Shown: piece by piece, positions 28,386 through 38,865 of the stretch | Position numbering within the stretch: position 1 is the stretch's first letter | How the letters are laid out: each line of letters opens with the position of its first letter | Assembly: GCA_965242965.1 (NCBI GenBank) | Contig: OZ251518.1 | Coordinates: 3,072,001 to 3,136,000, forward strand | Source: Candidatus Poribacteria bacterium | GTDB taxonomy: Bacteria; Poribacteria; WGA-4E; WGA-3G | Reading direction: 5' to 3' | DNA length: 64,000 bases | Notes under the pieces: generated by a model | Databases searched by the model: none | What the model was told of the DNA's origin: nothing | The model's input: the letters and a program-made list of their open reading frames with translations, nothing else | Position numbers and translations under genes: made by a program

Positions 28386-28892
28386 ATGCCAACTAATGTG
28401 CAAACGATAGGTGTTTGCTACATTCCCCAAGAGCAAGAACGGTGGTGTTGGGCTGCTTGTGCTGAAATGGTCTGTCACTATTACGATATCCGTGATGTGC
28501 GGCAATGCGATTTTGCGAATTGGATTTTTAGGTAGACGCACTGTTGCAAGGATCCGTCTAGTGCCGAATGCAATAGAGAATGCTTTGTGCATGACGTTTC
28601 GAGACTCTATTTGCAGTGGCATATTCGGAGCACGTTCATCGGGGAAGCAGTTCCGTTTTCCGTATTGCAGGCCGAAATTGATGCCGGGCGTCCTGTTGAA
28701 ATCGGCTTCCTTTGGGAAGGACGAAGGACAGGGCACGTGGTGCTCATCAGCGGATGGCACACAGAGGGCACCGAAGAATTTGTGCATGTGAACGATCCGA
28801 ATGATGGGTTTCAATTCTTAACTTACGATGAGTTACAAACAGCCTATGGCAGAGGCGAATGGGCCTACACTTGGACTGGCATTCGGAGGTAA
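28386..28892 (+). pseudogene. Papain-like cysteine peptidase (C39/C70-like) interrupted by an in-frame TAG
   Basis: From ATG 28386: IPQEQERWCWAAC...QCDFANWIFR-TAG(28533)-THCC...EIDAGRPV...GHVVLISG...VNDP; Q, C, H and D catalytic positions all lie in one frame. Confidence 0.82.
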
Positions 28893-28897
28893 ACGAA

Positions 28898-29443
28898 ATG
28901 GTTCAAACGCATCCTATCCCTGAAACGGCATTAAATGTCATTGCCGAACAGGTCGATAGATTATTCCCATTAATCGGCGGCGGGTGGGATCCGCCTCGGC
29001 AAGTGCCCAAACCCGATCAAACCTACCAGGTCTGGTTCTTGCCTGCCGATGCGATTGCGTCAGGCGAATCTGATTTCTTGGCGCGCGCGCGGAACACCGA
29101 ACGGTGGCATTGCCAAATTTGGTGGAATGACAAACCGACGTTCGTCGCGCGTTTCATCGTCCGTAACGGAGATACCTCAGATTTAGAGCTGCGGCAAGTC
29201 TTAGTCAGCGAATATGCGAACAGCATTGACGAAGCCATTCGTTGGGTGGATGCGAATGTTGAAGGCGAGCCGTTGATACGCATCCTCGACATTCCTGCGT
29301 GTTATATCACCGCGCTTTGGTTGAATGATGGTGATGAAAGCACCCTGGTCATCGCACGCCTTCCCCCGGGTCCGCAAGTGCTGAAACGTTTGGAGGTGTA
29401 TGCCGCGCGCGATTTCTTGAGAATATTGCGGCAAAAGCGGTGA
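28898..29443 (+). CDS. Hypothetical partner protein of the papain-like peptidase
   Basis: GGAGGT RBS overlapping the peptidase 3' end; 181 aa; RILDIPACYITALWL segment. Confidence 0.75.
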   Translation: MVQTHPIPETALNVIAEQVDRLFPLIGGGWDPPRQVPKPDQTYQVWFLPADAIASGESDFLARARNTERWHCQIWWNDKPTFVARFIVRNGDTSDLELRQVLVSEYANSIDEAIRWVDANVEGEPLIRILDIPACYITALWLNDGDESTLVIARLPPGPQVLKRLEVYAARDFLRILRQKR

Positions 29444-29546
29444 GTTCTGAGCCTCTTTGACCAGGGCCCCGCTGCCGCAACGAAACGTTTTCCGTAAGAC
29501 AATAGGGCGAGGCTTGGTGCCTCGCCCTAGGAGAAATAACGAAAGT

Positions 29547-32500
29547 TTATCGTTTCCGCTGCCGCCGCGTTCTCCTTCTCTCACGCCGGACAGGCGCAGG
29601 AGGCGGCGGGGGCGGCGGTGTCACGACTTTGCGGAAGCGCGGTAGGAACGCCTCCCACTCGGAGAGGATTTCCGCTGCGCGGCAACTGCCTGTCAACTCA
29701 GCATGTTGACTGACGAGCGCACGCAAGCACGCGACATCTACCTCCGCCGTGACAGTTTCAAGTTTAATCAATTCCGGGTTACATCGCTGCTGGAACTGTC
29801 CGTCCTCGTCTAGCACGTAGGCAGTGCCGCCTGTCATCCCGGCACCGAAGTTGCGTCCCGTTTTGCCGAGAATGACGACGGTTCCCGCAGTCATATACTC
29901 GCATCCGTGGTCTCCCACACCTTCCACGACTGCGGTGGCACCGCTGTTTCGGACACAGAACCGTTCGCCGGCTATCCCGGCGGCGTAGAGTGTTCCGCCG
30001 GTCGCGCCGTAAAGCACCGTGTTCCCGATGATGGTATTTTCATGCGAACGGAACCGCGCCTTTTCATCAGGGCTGATGACGATTTCACCGCCTGCCAACC
30101 CTTTCCCGACATAGTCGTTTGCCTCGCCTGTCAGCCGAAGGTGCATCCCGTTGCTGCAGAAGGCACCGAAACTTTGCCCGGCACTGCCTTTGAAATGACA
30201 GCAAATCGTCCTGTCAGGCAGCCCTGCGTCGCCGTATTGCATGGCGATGTTCCCGGATACCTTCGCGCCCACCGTGCGGTGCGTATTCCGTATGGGATAA
30301 GACAATTCAATCGGCGTTTGCTGCGCAATGGCATCTGCAGCGTCCTGCAAAATCTTGTCATCGAGGGGCGGGTCTTCACGATTATTCCGTTCCTGCGTGT
30401 GATAGCGCGGCTTGGTGCCGGTTGCATCCGCTGGCGTGAGGATTTCCTCTAAGTTCAGCAGGGCGGCTTTTGGATAGTCCGACAAATCGGTGCGTTCAAG
30501 CAATTCGGGGCGGCCGATGACATCGTTCAGGGAACGGTGGCCGAGGTTCGCTAAGATGGCGCGCACTTCGTTGGCGATGCCCATCATGAAGTTGACAACC
30601 ATCTCCGGTGTGCCGTTATACTTGGCGCGCAGCCCCGGGTCTTGCGTTGCGATGCCGACGGGACAGGTGTTCAGATGGCACTGCCGCGCCATCACACAGC
30701 CTGTGGCTACCATCGCCATTGTGCCGAACCCGTATTCTTCGGCACCTAACATCGCGGCGATGACGATGTCGCGTCCGGAACGCATGCCGCCATCAACCCG
30801 CAGCACGACACGTTCGCGCAAATCGTTTTGGACGAGGGAGCGTTGCGTTTCCGCGAGGCCGAGTTCCCACGGCGTGCCAGCGTTCTTGATGGAACTGAGT
30901 GGCGATGCACCGGTGCCGCCTTCGTGTCCGCTAATCTGAATCACATCGGCGTAACCTTTCGCCACGCCTGACGCAATCGTGCCGACGAGGAATTCCGATA
31001 CCAACTTAACGGCAATCTTTGCGCGCGGGTTCGCTTGCTTCAAATCGTAGATGAGCTGCGCTAAATCTTCGATGGAATAAATGTCGTGGTGCGGCGGTGG
31101 TGAAATCAGCGGGACACCCGGCACCGAATGCCGAATCGCCGCAATCTCTGCTGTCACTTTATGCCCCGGAATCTGTCCACCTTCCCCAGGCTTTGAGCCT
31201 TGCGCCATTTTGATTTCTAATTCCTGCGCGGAGACGAGGTAAGTCGGTGTTACACCGAACCGTCCCGATGCCACCTGCTTCAAGGCACTTGAGGCGAGCT
31301 CTCCGTCTGGCCTTCGCTGGTAGCGTCCGCTGTCTTCGCCGCCTTCACCGCTGCCCGACTTTGCGCCGAGGCGGTTCATGGCGATGGCCAACGTTTCGTG
31401 TGTTTCACGGCTGAGCGCGCCGAAGGACATGCTCCCTGTCGTAAACCGGCGAACGATATCCTCCGCGGGCTCCACTTCTTCTAGTGGGATAGGCGTGCCG
31501 GGTTGGAAGTCCAGCAGTTCGCGTAAACTGGAAGGTTCTCCCCCCTCAACGGCGTTGACGTATTCCTCATAATCCTCCGTTTTTCCTGCCTTGACAAACT
31601 TGTGGAGTGACTTGAAAACAGATGGGTTATAGGCGTGGAACTCGCCGTTTCTGCGGAAGCGGAAATAACCGGCTTCTTCTAGGTTGCCATCGGCACCCGA
31701 AAACGCCTTCGTGTGGAAATGGAGCGTCTCATCGGCGATATGCTCAAACCCGATGCCGCCCAAGCGCGAGGTAGTGCCGGTAAAGCACCGTTCTATCACC
31801 GCTGCACTGATACCGATTGCCTCGAAAATTTGGGCACCGCGGTAACTTGACACCGTGGAGATGCCCATCTTCGCCATAATCTTCAAGATGCCTTTCTCAA
31901 TGGCTTCCTTATAGTTTGCTACCGCGGTTTCAGCGGTGAGTCCATCGAGTTCCTCCTTTTCGGCGAGTTGCGCGATGGTGGAAAAGACGAGATACGGATT
32001 GATGGCATTGGCACCGTAACCGAGCAGGACAGCAAAATGGTGTTCTTCCCTCGGGTCGCCGGCTTCGGCGATGAGGCTCGCTTGCATCCGCTTGCCTTCG
32101 CGAATAAGATGGTGATGCACCGCGCCGATGGCAAGTGGCATCGGCATCGGCGCGAGCTCGGCACTGACTCCCTTGTCGCTCAGCACGAGGAGCGTCTTAC
32201 CGGCTTCAATTGCCGCCGAGGCGCGTTCGCATAGCGTCTCTAAGGCAGCTTCTAACCCCGGTGTGCCGGATGCAACCGGGAAGAGGACGGGGAGCGTGAC
32301 TGCCTGAAATTCTGGCATCTTTTGTGCGCGCAGTGCCGCTAACGCCGAGTTATCCAGCACGGGGGAGTCCAACCGAATCAGGCGCGCGTGTTCAGGCGTT
32401 TCGGTGAGCAGACTGCCGCGTTTACCGAGGTAGGTTGTCAACGACATCACTAACCGTTCCCGCAGCGAATCTATCGGCGGGTTCGTCACCTGCGCAAAGC

Positions 32501-34034
32501 GTTGCTTGAAATAGGTGTAGAGCATCCGCGGGTTGCGCGAGATAACAGCAGGCGGCGTATCGTCACCCATCGAACCGACAGCCTCTTTCTTTTCGGCTAT
32601 CATCGGTTTGATAAACCGTTCCACATCCTCTGTCATGTAGCCGAACGCTTTCTGGTAGTTGGCGAGTTGTTCGGGGACGGTAACTTGATGCGGCACGGCT
32701 GCGCTGGGGAACAGTTTTTTCAGCGGCGTGATGCCTTTCCGCACCCATTCGGCATAAGGCTTCTGCTCGGCGACGCGCTGCTTAATCGCCGCGTCTGTCA
32801 GCAGCTGCCCCTTGGCTGTGTCAACGGCTATCATCTGCCCGGGTCCCAAGCGTCCCTTCTTCACAACGCGGCTCTCGTCAAGTTCAATAATACCCACCTC
32901 GGAGCCCATGACGACGGTGCCGTCTTCGGTTACCTTATACCGTGCGGGCCGCAAGCCGTTCCTATCCAAACTCGCGCCGACGACGATGCCGTCCGTGAAC
33001 GCGACGGCGGCGGGGCCGTCCCACGGTTCACTCACGCAGGAGAGGTATTCATAACACGCCTTCAACGTATCGGGCATATCCGGAATCTGCTCGTAAGCTT
33101 CAGGAATCAGGCACATCATGGCATGGAGGATGTCCCTGTCGGCGTGTTGGAGGAGTTCCAGCACGTTATCCAGGCACATGGAGTCGCTGCCATGCGGGTT
33201 GATGACAGGCACGAGTTTCCGAATCTGCTCCTTCCAGAGAGGTGAACCCAGGTCTGCTTCCCGGGCGCGCATCCAGTTGCAGTTCCCCATCAAGGTATTA
33301 ATCTCACCGTTGTGCGCGAGCATGCGGAAGGGTTGCGCCAGCATCCACGTCGAGGAGGTATTCGTGCTATAGCGTTGATGAAAAACGGCAAGCGATGCCT
33401 CAAAGTCTGAGTCCCCCAGGTCTGGGTAGAAACGCGCGAGTTGCGGTGCGACGAGCAATCCTTTGTAGACAATCGTGCGGTGCGAGAACGAGGCGATGTG
33501 AAACCCGTCCGGTTCTAACGCGGCGAGGCTGTGTTCTATCTCCTTGCAGATGAGATAGAGCCGCTGCTCAAATGCGTTATCGGAGAGATGCGCCTGTCTT
33601 CCGACGAAAACTTGCTGGATATCGGGGCATGTCCGCAAGGCTTTTTCGCCGATAGCGGTGATGTCCACGGGGACTTTGCGCCATCCGAGGCGGGGTGTGC
33701 CGTATTTCTGTAGTATCTTTTCAATGCGTGCGCGGGCGAATTCGCTGGCATCCCGATTTGCGCCTGGGAAGAAGAACATGCCGACACCCAGGTCTGCTAT
33801 TGAATCGAGGTATCCTCCGAGTTTCGCTAGTTCTTTGCGGAAGAGTTTCTCTGGGAGTTGTGTTAAGATTCCCGCGCCATCCCCTGTCTTGGCATCGGCG
33901 GCGACGGCACCGCGGTGCGTCAAGTTTGTCAACGCTTGCGTCGCCATTTGAATAATATCGTGGTTCCGATGTCCGGCGCGGTTGGCGACAAATCCCACGC
34001 CACAGGCATCTTTTTCGTTTAAGTCTCTATACAT
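29547..34034 (-). CDS. gltB: Glutamate synthase large subunit
   Basis: EKDACGVGF (Ntn Cys), HQRYSTNT, HNGEINT, EPWDGPA, KMAQGSKPGEGG, CVMARQCHLNTCPVG, GXGXG domain; 1495 aa. Confidence 0.98.
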   Translation of the reverse strand: MYRDLNEKDACGVGFVANRAGHRNHDIIQMATQALTNLTHRGAVAADAKTGDGAGILTQLPEKLFRKELAKLGGYLDSIADLGVGMFFFPGANRDASEFARARIEKILQKYGTPRLGWRKVPVDITAIGEKALRTCPDIQQVFVGRQAHLSDNAFEQRLYLICKEIEHSLAALEPDGFHIASFSHRTIVYKGLLVAPQLARFYPDLGDSDFEASLAVFHQRYSTNTSSTWMLAQPFRMLAHNGEINTLMGNCNWMRAREADLGSPLWKEQIRKLVPVINPHGSDSMCLDNVLELLQHADRDILHAMMCLIPEAYEQIPDMPDTLKACYEYLSCVSEPWDGPAAVAFTDGIVVGASLDRNGLRPARYKVTEDGTVVMGSEVGIIELDESRVVKKGRLGPGQMIAVDTAKGQLLTDAAIKQRVAEQKPYAEWVRKGITPLKKLFPSAAVPHQVTVPEQLANYQKAFGYMTEDVERFIKPMIAEKKEAVGSMGDDTPPAVISRNPRMLYTYFKQRFAQVTNPPIDSLRERLVMSLTTYLGKRGSLLTETPEHARLIRLDSPVLDNSALAALRAQKMPEFQAVTLPVLFPVASGTPGLEAALETLCERASAAIEAGKTLLVLSDKGVSAELAPMPMPLAIGAVHHHLIREGKRMQASLIAEAGDPREEHHFAVLLGYGANAINPYLVFSTIAQLAEKEELDGLTAETAVANYKEAIEKGILKIMAKMGISTVSSYRGAQIFEAIGISAAVIERCFTGTTSRLGGIGFEHIADETLHFHTKAFSGADGNLEEAGYFRFRRNGEFHAYNPSVFKSLHKFVKAGKTEDYEEYVNAVEGGEPSSLRELLDFQPGTPIPLEEVEPAEDIVRRFTTGSMSFGALSRETHETLAIAMNRLGAKSGSGEGGEDSGRYQRRPDGELASSALKQVASGRFGVTPTYLVSAQELEIKMAQGSKPGEGGQIPGHKVTAEIAAIRHSVPGVPLISPPPHHDIYSIEDLAQLIYDLKQANPRAKIAVKLVSEFLVGTIASGVAKGYADVIQISGHEGGTGASPLSSIKNAGTPWELGLAETQRSLVQNDLRERVVLRVDGGMRSGRDIVIAAMLGAEEYGFGTMAMVATGCVMARQCHLNTCPVGIATQDPGLRAKYNGTPEMVVNFMMGIANEVRAILANLGHRSLNDVIGRPELLERTDLSDYPKAALLNLEEILTPADATGTKPRYHTQERNNREDPPLDDKILQDAADAIAQQTPIELSYPIRNTHRTVGAKVSGNIAMQYGDAGLPDRTICCHFKGSAGQSFGAFCSNGMHLRLTGEANDYVGKGLAGGEIVISPDEKARFRSHENTIIGNTVLYGATGGTLYAAGIAGERFCVRNSGATAVVEGVGDHGCEYMTAGTVVILGKTGRNFGAGMTGGTAYVLDEDGQFQQRCNPELIKLETVTAEVDVACLRALVSQHAELTGSCRAAEILSEWEAFLPRFRKVVTPPPPPPPAPVRRERRRTRRQRKR

Positions 34035-34160
34035 CTGTCAATTGATTCCATCCTTTCTGAGTAGGATATACAAAATTTCCTTAGGCCTCGGCATCGCCAG
34101 AGAGGGGGACTGTGCAATTGCAATTTGGCTAGATTGTCTCTCGCGATGCTGCTTCATAAA

Positions 34161-34189
34161 ATTATACCACAATTTTTCGCGCAAGTCAA
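34161..34189 (-). promoter_or_regulatory. Sigma70-type promoter of gltB
   Basis: TTGACT-17 nt-TATAAT on the minus strand. Confidence 0.75.
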
Positions 34190-34205
34190 GCAGGATTTCG
34201 GTTGT

Positions 34206-35816
34206 TCAATACCCGACGGCGCAGCCATCTCGCCTCGGGTCGGAACCGGCGATGAGGGTGTTGAATTGCGGATGCACGAAGATTGCTTGTCCGCCGCCAA
34301 AGAAAGTCCCCCCGGGCACGATGTGTTGTCCTTTTTGCGCCAACTCTGCCTGCGCGTTCATCGGGATGCCCTCTTCTAACATGATGCGTGAGTCGTCTAA
34401 CACCCGAAACCGAGGTGCCTCCAGTGCAGTCTGGATATCCATGTTAAAATCGACGAGGTTGCATACCAATTGTAAGTGTCCCTGCGTTTGCATCTGCCCG
34501 CCCATTACGCCGAAAGTGACTAACGGGGTGCCGTTTTGCGCAATCATGCCGGGGATGATGGTGTGCAGCGTCCGTTTATGCGGCGCGATGCAGTTGGCAT
34601 GAGTTGCATCCAGCGAGAAGCCCGCGCCTCGGTTTTGTAACATGATGCCGGTATCGCCGGCAACCAACCCGGAACCGAAGCCGGCAAAGAGGCTATTAAT
34701 GAAGGAGACGACGTTCCGTTCACTATCCACTGCGCAGAGGTAGACGGTATCTGTGCCTACCGGTGGCGCGCCCGCATTCGGTGCCGAATTTGCGCGTTCG
34801 GCAGAGATGCGCGCCCGTTGCTGCACCGTGTATGCATCGGAGAGGAGTCCATCAACCGGCACATCGACAAACCCCGGGTCTGTCACATATTCATACAAAT
34901 CCGCGAAGCCCAATTTCATCGCCTCGATGGCGTGGTGGAGATGCGCCGGTGTGTTATGTCCCATTGCGGCGATGTCAAACCCTTCCAAGATATTGAGCGC
35001 GAGGAGAGCGGCGATGCCTTGTCCGTTCGGCGGAATCTCGTAGACATCGTAACCGCGGTAGTTGACAGAGATGGGTTCCACCCAATTCGAGTCGTGTTCT
35101 TCAAAATCCTGCATCGTGAAGAGTCCGCCGTTTTCGTCGGAGAACTTCACGATTTTTTCGGCGATGTCGCCGCGGTAGAAAGCGTCCCTACCGCCTTCAG
35201 CGATGAGACGAAACGTGCGCGCGAGGTTCGGGATGCGAAACATTTCACCGGGTGCCGGTGCGCGTCCATTCTTGAGATAGGTGCGCGCCGAGTCGGGACA
35301 GCGCGATAACAATCCTGTGCTTCCCTGCCACGAGAGTCCAATCTGTGGGCTGACAGGAAATCCGTTTTCGGCATAGTCAATTGCAGGTTGCAGCACCTCT
35401 GCTAAAGACATTGTCCCGCATTCGTCCAGCAGCGTCGCCCATCCATCAATGGTGCCGGGCACCGTGACAGGATACATACTGCCGTTGGCAGGGATGCGAG
35501 TGAGTCCCTGCTGTGTAAAGAATTCAAGTTCGGCGGCGTAAGGAGCCCTGCCGCTTGCATTCAAGCCGCGGATGCGTCCGTCTTTCGGTTGGTAAACCAG
35601 CATGAAGGCATCCCCGCCAATGCCGGTTGACATCGGTTCAACGACGTTCAATATTGCGGCGGTTGCTACTGCTGCGTCAATTGCGTTACCGCCGGCGCGC
35701 AGTATCTGTAATCCGCCTTGCGCGGCGAGCGGCTGACTGGTTGCAACTGCGCCGTGTTCGCATATCACGGCTGAGCGTCCGGGGCCGAATCGGTTGGGAT
35801 GGTATCCATCAAACAC
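34206..35816 (-). CDS. ggt: Gamma-glutamyltransferase family protein
   Basis: GGNAIDAAVA, VEPMSTGIGGDAF, PPNGQG, DTVYL (nucleophile Thr), LQNRGAGF, GVMGG, GSDPRRDG. Confidence 0.95.
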   Translation of the reverse strand: MFDGYHPNRFGPGRSAVICEHGAVATSQPLAAQGGLQILRAGGNAIDAAVATAAILNVVEPMSTGIGGDAFMLVYQPKDGRIRGLNASGRAPYAAELEFFTQQGLTRIPANGSMYPVTVPGTIDGWATLLDECGTMSLAEVLQPAIDYAENGFPVSPQIGLSWQGSTGLLSRCPDSARTYLKNGRAPAPGEMFRIPNLARTFRLIAEGGRDAFYRGDIAEKIVKFSDENGGLFTMQDFEEHDSNWVEPISVNYRGYDVYEIPPNGQGIAALLALNILEGFDIAAMGHNTPAHLHHAIEAMKLGFADLYEYVTDPGFVDVPVDGLLSDAYTVQQRARISAERANSAPNAGAPPVGTDTVYLCAVDSERNVVSFINSLFAGFGSGLVAGDTGIMLQNRGAGFSLDATHANCIAPHKRTLHTIIPGMIAQNGTPLVTFGVMGGQMQTQGHLQLVCNLVDFNMDIQTALEAPRFRVLDDSRIMLEEGIPMNAQAELAQKGQHIVPGGTFFGGGQAIFVHPQFNTLIAGSDPRRDGCAVGY

Positions 35817-35848
35817 AGGTTTTTCTCCTTATCCGGTTTGTTTAGTAT

Positions 35849-35930
35849 AGTATAGCAGAAAATACATTTTTTGTCAAATTTTATTTTTACACCCCGCGCG
35901 TTTGACATCTTCACCGCGATGCGATATAAT
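35849..35930. promoter_or_regulatory. Divergent sigma70 promoters for ggt and lpdA
   Basis: Minus strand TTGACA (35877-35872)-17-TATACT; plus strand TTGACA (35902)-17-TATAAT (35925-35930). Confidence 0.8.
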
Positions 35931-35980
35931 AGTCGTAATACTAGTCATAACGCTGACATTATCATCAAGGAGGTGCAAAT

Positions 35981-37366
35981 ATGGCTACCTACGACGTTGG
36001 AATTATCGGCGGCGGCCCGGGCGGTTACGTCGCCGCCATAAAAGCCGCACAACTCGGCGGCACTGTCTGTCTCATCGAAAAAGGTGACTGGGGCGGCACG
36101 TGCCTCCATCGCGGCTGCATTCCAACGAAAACGCTCTTTTCTGTCGCCACGCTTGCGACGCATATCCAAGATGCCGCCGAATTCGGGATACGGACGCGGG
36201 ACACAGGAATTGATTACACGCAAGTCCTCGCGCACAAGGCATCTGTCGTCCAGCGGTTAACAGGCGGCATTGCGCAGCTGCTGAAAGGGAACGGCGTTCA
36301 CACCCTAAACGGCACAGCGTCTCTTATCAACAAAAATAGGATTGCTGTGCTGAAATCGGACGGCACAACCGAACAGGTAGATGCCAAAAACGTGATTATC
36401 GCCACCGGTTCTGAGCCTGCCGAACCACCGATGTTTGACATTGACGAGACGCAGGTGTTGACGACGACAGGTATCCTGAATCTCACCGAACTCCCTGAAA
36501 GTCTCATCATCGTCGGGGGCGGCGTTTCGGGGTGCGAGTTCGCCTCGATTTTTAATGCACTCGGCTGTCGTGTTACCGTGCTGGAACTTCTCCCGACAAT
36601 TTTGGCGACAGAAGACGTGCAAGTTATCCGCCACATCCAACTTTTTATGAAACGAAAAGGAGTTCAAATCCACACGCGCGCGAAATTGACGCAGGTGACA
36701 AAGTCGGAAACGCACGTCACCGCGACGTTGGAATCCGGTGAAGAACTCACGGCGGAGAAGATGCTTATCTCCATTGGACGGCGTTTTAATACAGAAGGCA
36801 TCGGTTTGGAACAAGTCGGCGTTCGGACAGACAACGGCAAAATTCGCGTCGATTCGCGGATGCAGACGAACATTCCGGGCATTTACGCTGTCGGCGATGT
36901 GGCGAGCCGCTATCTATTGGCGCACGTTGCATCGGCTGAGGGAGAAGTGGCTGCGCAAAACTGCATCGGCGAAACCACAGCAATGAATTACCAAGTTATC
37001 CCCTGGTGCGTTTTCACACTCCCCGAAATCGGGCATGTCGGCATGACAGAAAAAGAGGCGACAGACGAAGGGTATCAGGTCAAAGTGGGAAGGTTTCCCT
37101 ATGCCGCCAACGGTATCGCATTGGGCATGCGCGAAACCGATGGATTCGTCAAAACGCTCGCCGATGCGGAGAGCGGTGATGTCCTCGGCGTGCATATCGT
37201 GGGCGCGCACGCTTCAATGCTTATCCATGAGGCTGCCGTGGCCATTCGCGCGGGTGCCGCGGCGAGAGACATCGCGCACACTATCCATGCGCATCCGACG
37301 CTCTCCGAGATGGTGATGGAATCGGCTTCGGCGGCGTTTGGGCAAGCGATTCATAGTCTGACTTAA
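35981..37366 (+). CDS. lpdA: Dihydrolipoyl dehydrogenase
   Basis: GGGPGGY, GGTCLHRGCIPTK disulfide, GGGVSGCEFA, HAHPTLSE. Confidence 0.95.
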   Translation: MATYDVGIIGGGPGGYVAAIKAAQLGGTVCLIEKGDWGGTCLHRGCIPTKTLFSVATLATHIQDAAEFGIRTRDTGIDYTQVLAHKASVVQRLTGGIAQLLKGNGVHTLNGTASLINKNRIAVLKSDGTTEQVDAKNVIIATGSEPAEPPMFDIDETQVLTTTGILNLTELPESLIIVGGGVSGCEFASIFNALGCRVTVLELLPTILATEDVQVIRHIQLFMKRKGVQIHTRAKLTQVTKSETHVTATLESGEELTAEKMLISIGRRFNTEGIGLEQVGVRTDNGKIRVDSRMQTNIPGIYAVGDVASRYLLAHVASAEGEVAAQNCIGETTAMNYQVIPWCVFTLPEIGHVGMTEKEATDEGYQVKVGRFPYAANGIALGMRETDGFVKTLADAESGDVLGVHIVGAHASMLIHEAAVAIRAGAAARDIAHTIHAHPTLSEMVMESASAAFGQAIHSLT

Positions 37367-37372
37367 TCTGTC

Positions 37373-38278
37373 TTAAAACCGAACCGCCTCTTGCAATTCT
37401 GCATAGCGCGCCGAAATATCGGAAAACCGCACGCTTGTCTGACGGTTGATACTGAAATCTTCAATAGTGAAAGACGCGGCGACGGTGCCGTATATCATCG
37501 CACGGCGAACCGCTGCCTCTGACACATCGTTGACAGCGGCGAGGTGCCCGATGAACGCACCTGCGAAACTATCACCGGCACCCGTCGCGTCGATGATATG
37601 TGTGAGCGGATACGCGGGCGCGCTAAAAAAGGAGGACTCCGTAACGCTAATCGCGCCGTGCTCGCCTTTCTTGACAATCACCCGCTTCGGGCCGTAGCGC
37701 AGCATCGCGCGGGCGGCGCGCACCACATTCGTATCACCCGTGAACAGACGCGCCTCGCTCTCATTCAGGATGAGGATATCCACGTGGGCTAACGTCGCCT
37801 CCAACGCCTCACGCGCCGTGTTAATCCACACATCCATGGTATCGCACACCACCAATTTCGGACGCGCGCTCTGGGTAATAGCATGAAGTTGTAACTGCGG
37901 CGGGTTGTTCGCCAGAAAGAGATAAGACGCGTCCGTGGAAGTAGCATCCATCGCAGGTTGCACTTCGCCGACGACGTTCAAATGCGTAAAGAGTGTCTCG
38001 CGCCCGTTGAAGTCTTCGCCGTATTTGCAGCCCCATCGGAACGTTTTGCTGTTTTCAATCTGTGTTAACGCGCCAAGCGCGATGCCGAACTGCTCAAGCT
38101 GCGCCGCATACATCGGCGGAAAATCGCTACCGACGACACCAACGAGTTCCACGGGGTTATGAAAAAAACTTGCGGCGACAGCGGCGTAGACACCGGAGCC
38201 GCCCAGCACCTCTTCAACGCGCTTGCAAGGCGTTTCCACAGTATCTAGTGTGGCGGTGCCGAAGACGATAATTCCCAT
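37373..38278 (-). CDS. PfkB/ribokinase-family kinase
   Basis: LGGSGVY, LNESEA, VKKGEHGA, DATGAGDSFAG. Confidence 0.92.
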   Translation of the reverse strand: MGIIVFGTATLDTVETPCKRVEEVLGGSGVYAAVAASFFHNPVELVGVVGSDFPPMYAAQLEQFGIALGALTQIENSKTFRWGCKYGEDFNGRETLFTHLNVVGEVQPAMDATSTDASYLFLANNPPQLQLHAITQSARPKLVVCDTMDVWINTAREALEATLAHVDILILNESEARLFTGDTNVVRAARAMLRYGPKRVIVKKGEHGAISVTESSFFSAPAYPLTHIIDATGAGDSFAGAFIGHLAAVNDVSEAAVRRAMIYGTVAASFTIEDFSINRQTSVRFSDISARYAELQEAVRF

Positions 38279-38335
38279 TCAATTTATTCCAGTTTTTTCT
38301 CAGATAATAGGCGGATAGCGACATCCACCCTGATG

Positions 38336-38581
38336 CTAGAAGGGCCTAGGTTTGTTCTTGTTATCTCGCATGGCACGGATGACGCGGCGGAGTCGGCGCA
38401 CAAAAATCACGCTGAGCACAAGAATAATCGGATATTGCAAGAATCCTAGCACCTTCATCAGCGTCGGATTTGCCATCCAGGCCGGGGGTGTCATCGTCTG
38501 CGAGTTTACCATCCAGATTGGGAGTAATAGCACTGCTGAGATGAGGATGAGGATGCCTTCCCAGATTTCTGATTTTTTCAT
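38336..38581 (-). CDS. Small two-TM membrane protein
   Basis: GGAGG RBS, MKKSEIWEGILILIS..., 81 aa; the longer ORF called upstream is REP-derived. Confidence 0.7.
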   Translation of the reverse strand: MKKSEIWEGILILISAVLLLPIWMVNSQTMTPPAWMANPTLMKVLGFLQYPIILVLSVIFVRRLRRVIRAMRDNKNKPRPF

Positions 38582-38630
38582 GAGTTTCCTCCGCGATGAT
38601 GTAGGCGGGTAGAGAATAGGTCTTGGCAAC

Positions 38631-38857
38631 ATGCGTGGCGAGGGACAGGCCCTCGCCCTACGGTAACCGTAACTGTCTTGTATTCCGGTAGGAGAGACCT
38701 CCTGGTCTCGATGCATCCCGGTAGTTAGATTAACCGTAGCTGCCATGCGTGGCGAGGGACAGGCCCTCGCCCTACGGTAACCGTAACTGTCTTGTATTCC
38801 GGTAGGCGAGTCCTCCCGGTCTCGATGCATCCCGGTAGTTACGTTAACCGTAGCTGC
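38631..38857. repeat. Two tandem 114-nt units, each with REP-B and a GTAGG-GAG REP
   Basis: ATGCGTGGCGAGGGACAGGCCCTCGCCCTACGGTAACCGTAAC... at 38631 and 38745. Confidence 0.9.
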
Positions 38858-38865
38858 TTTGGGTT

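Noticed and set aside
28533-28535. Pyrrolysine or genetic-code reassignment of TAG
   Set aside because: TAG serves as a normal stop for other genes here (for example 12321 and 20614) and no pyl genes are in the window; a nonsense mutation or read error is simpler.
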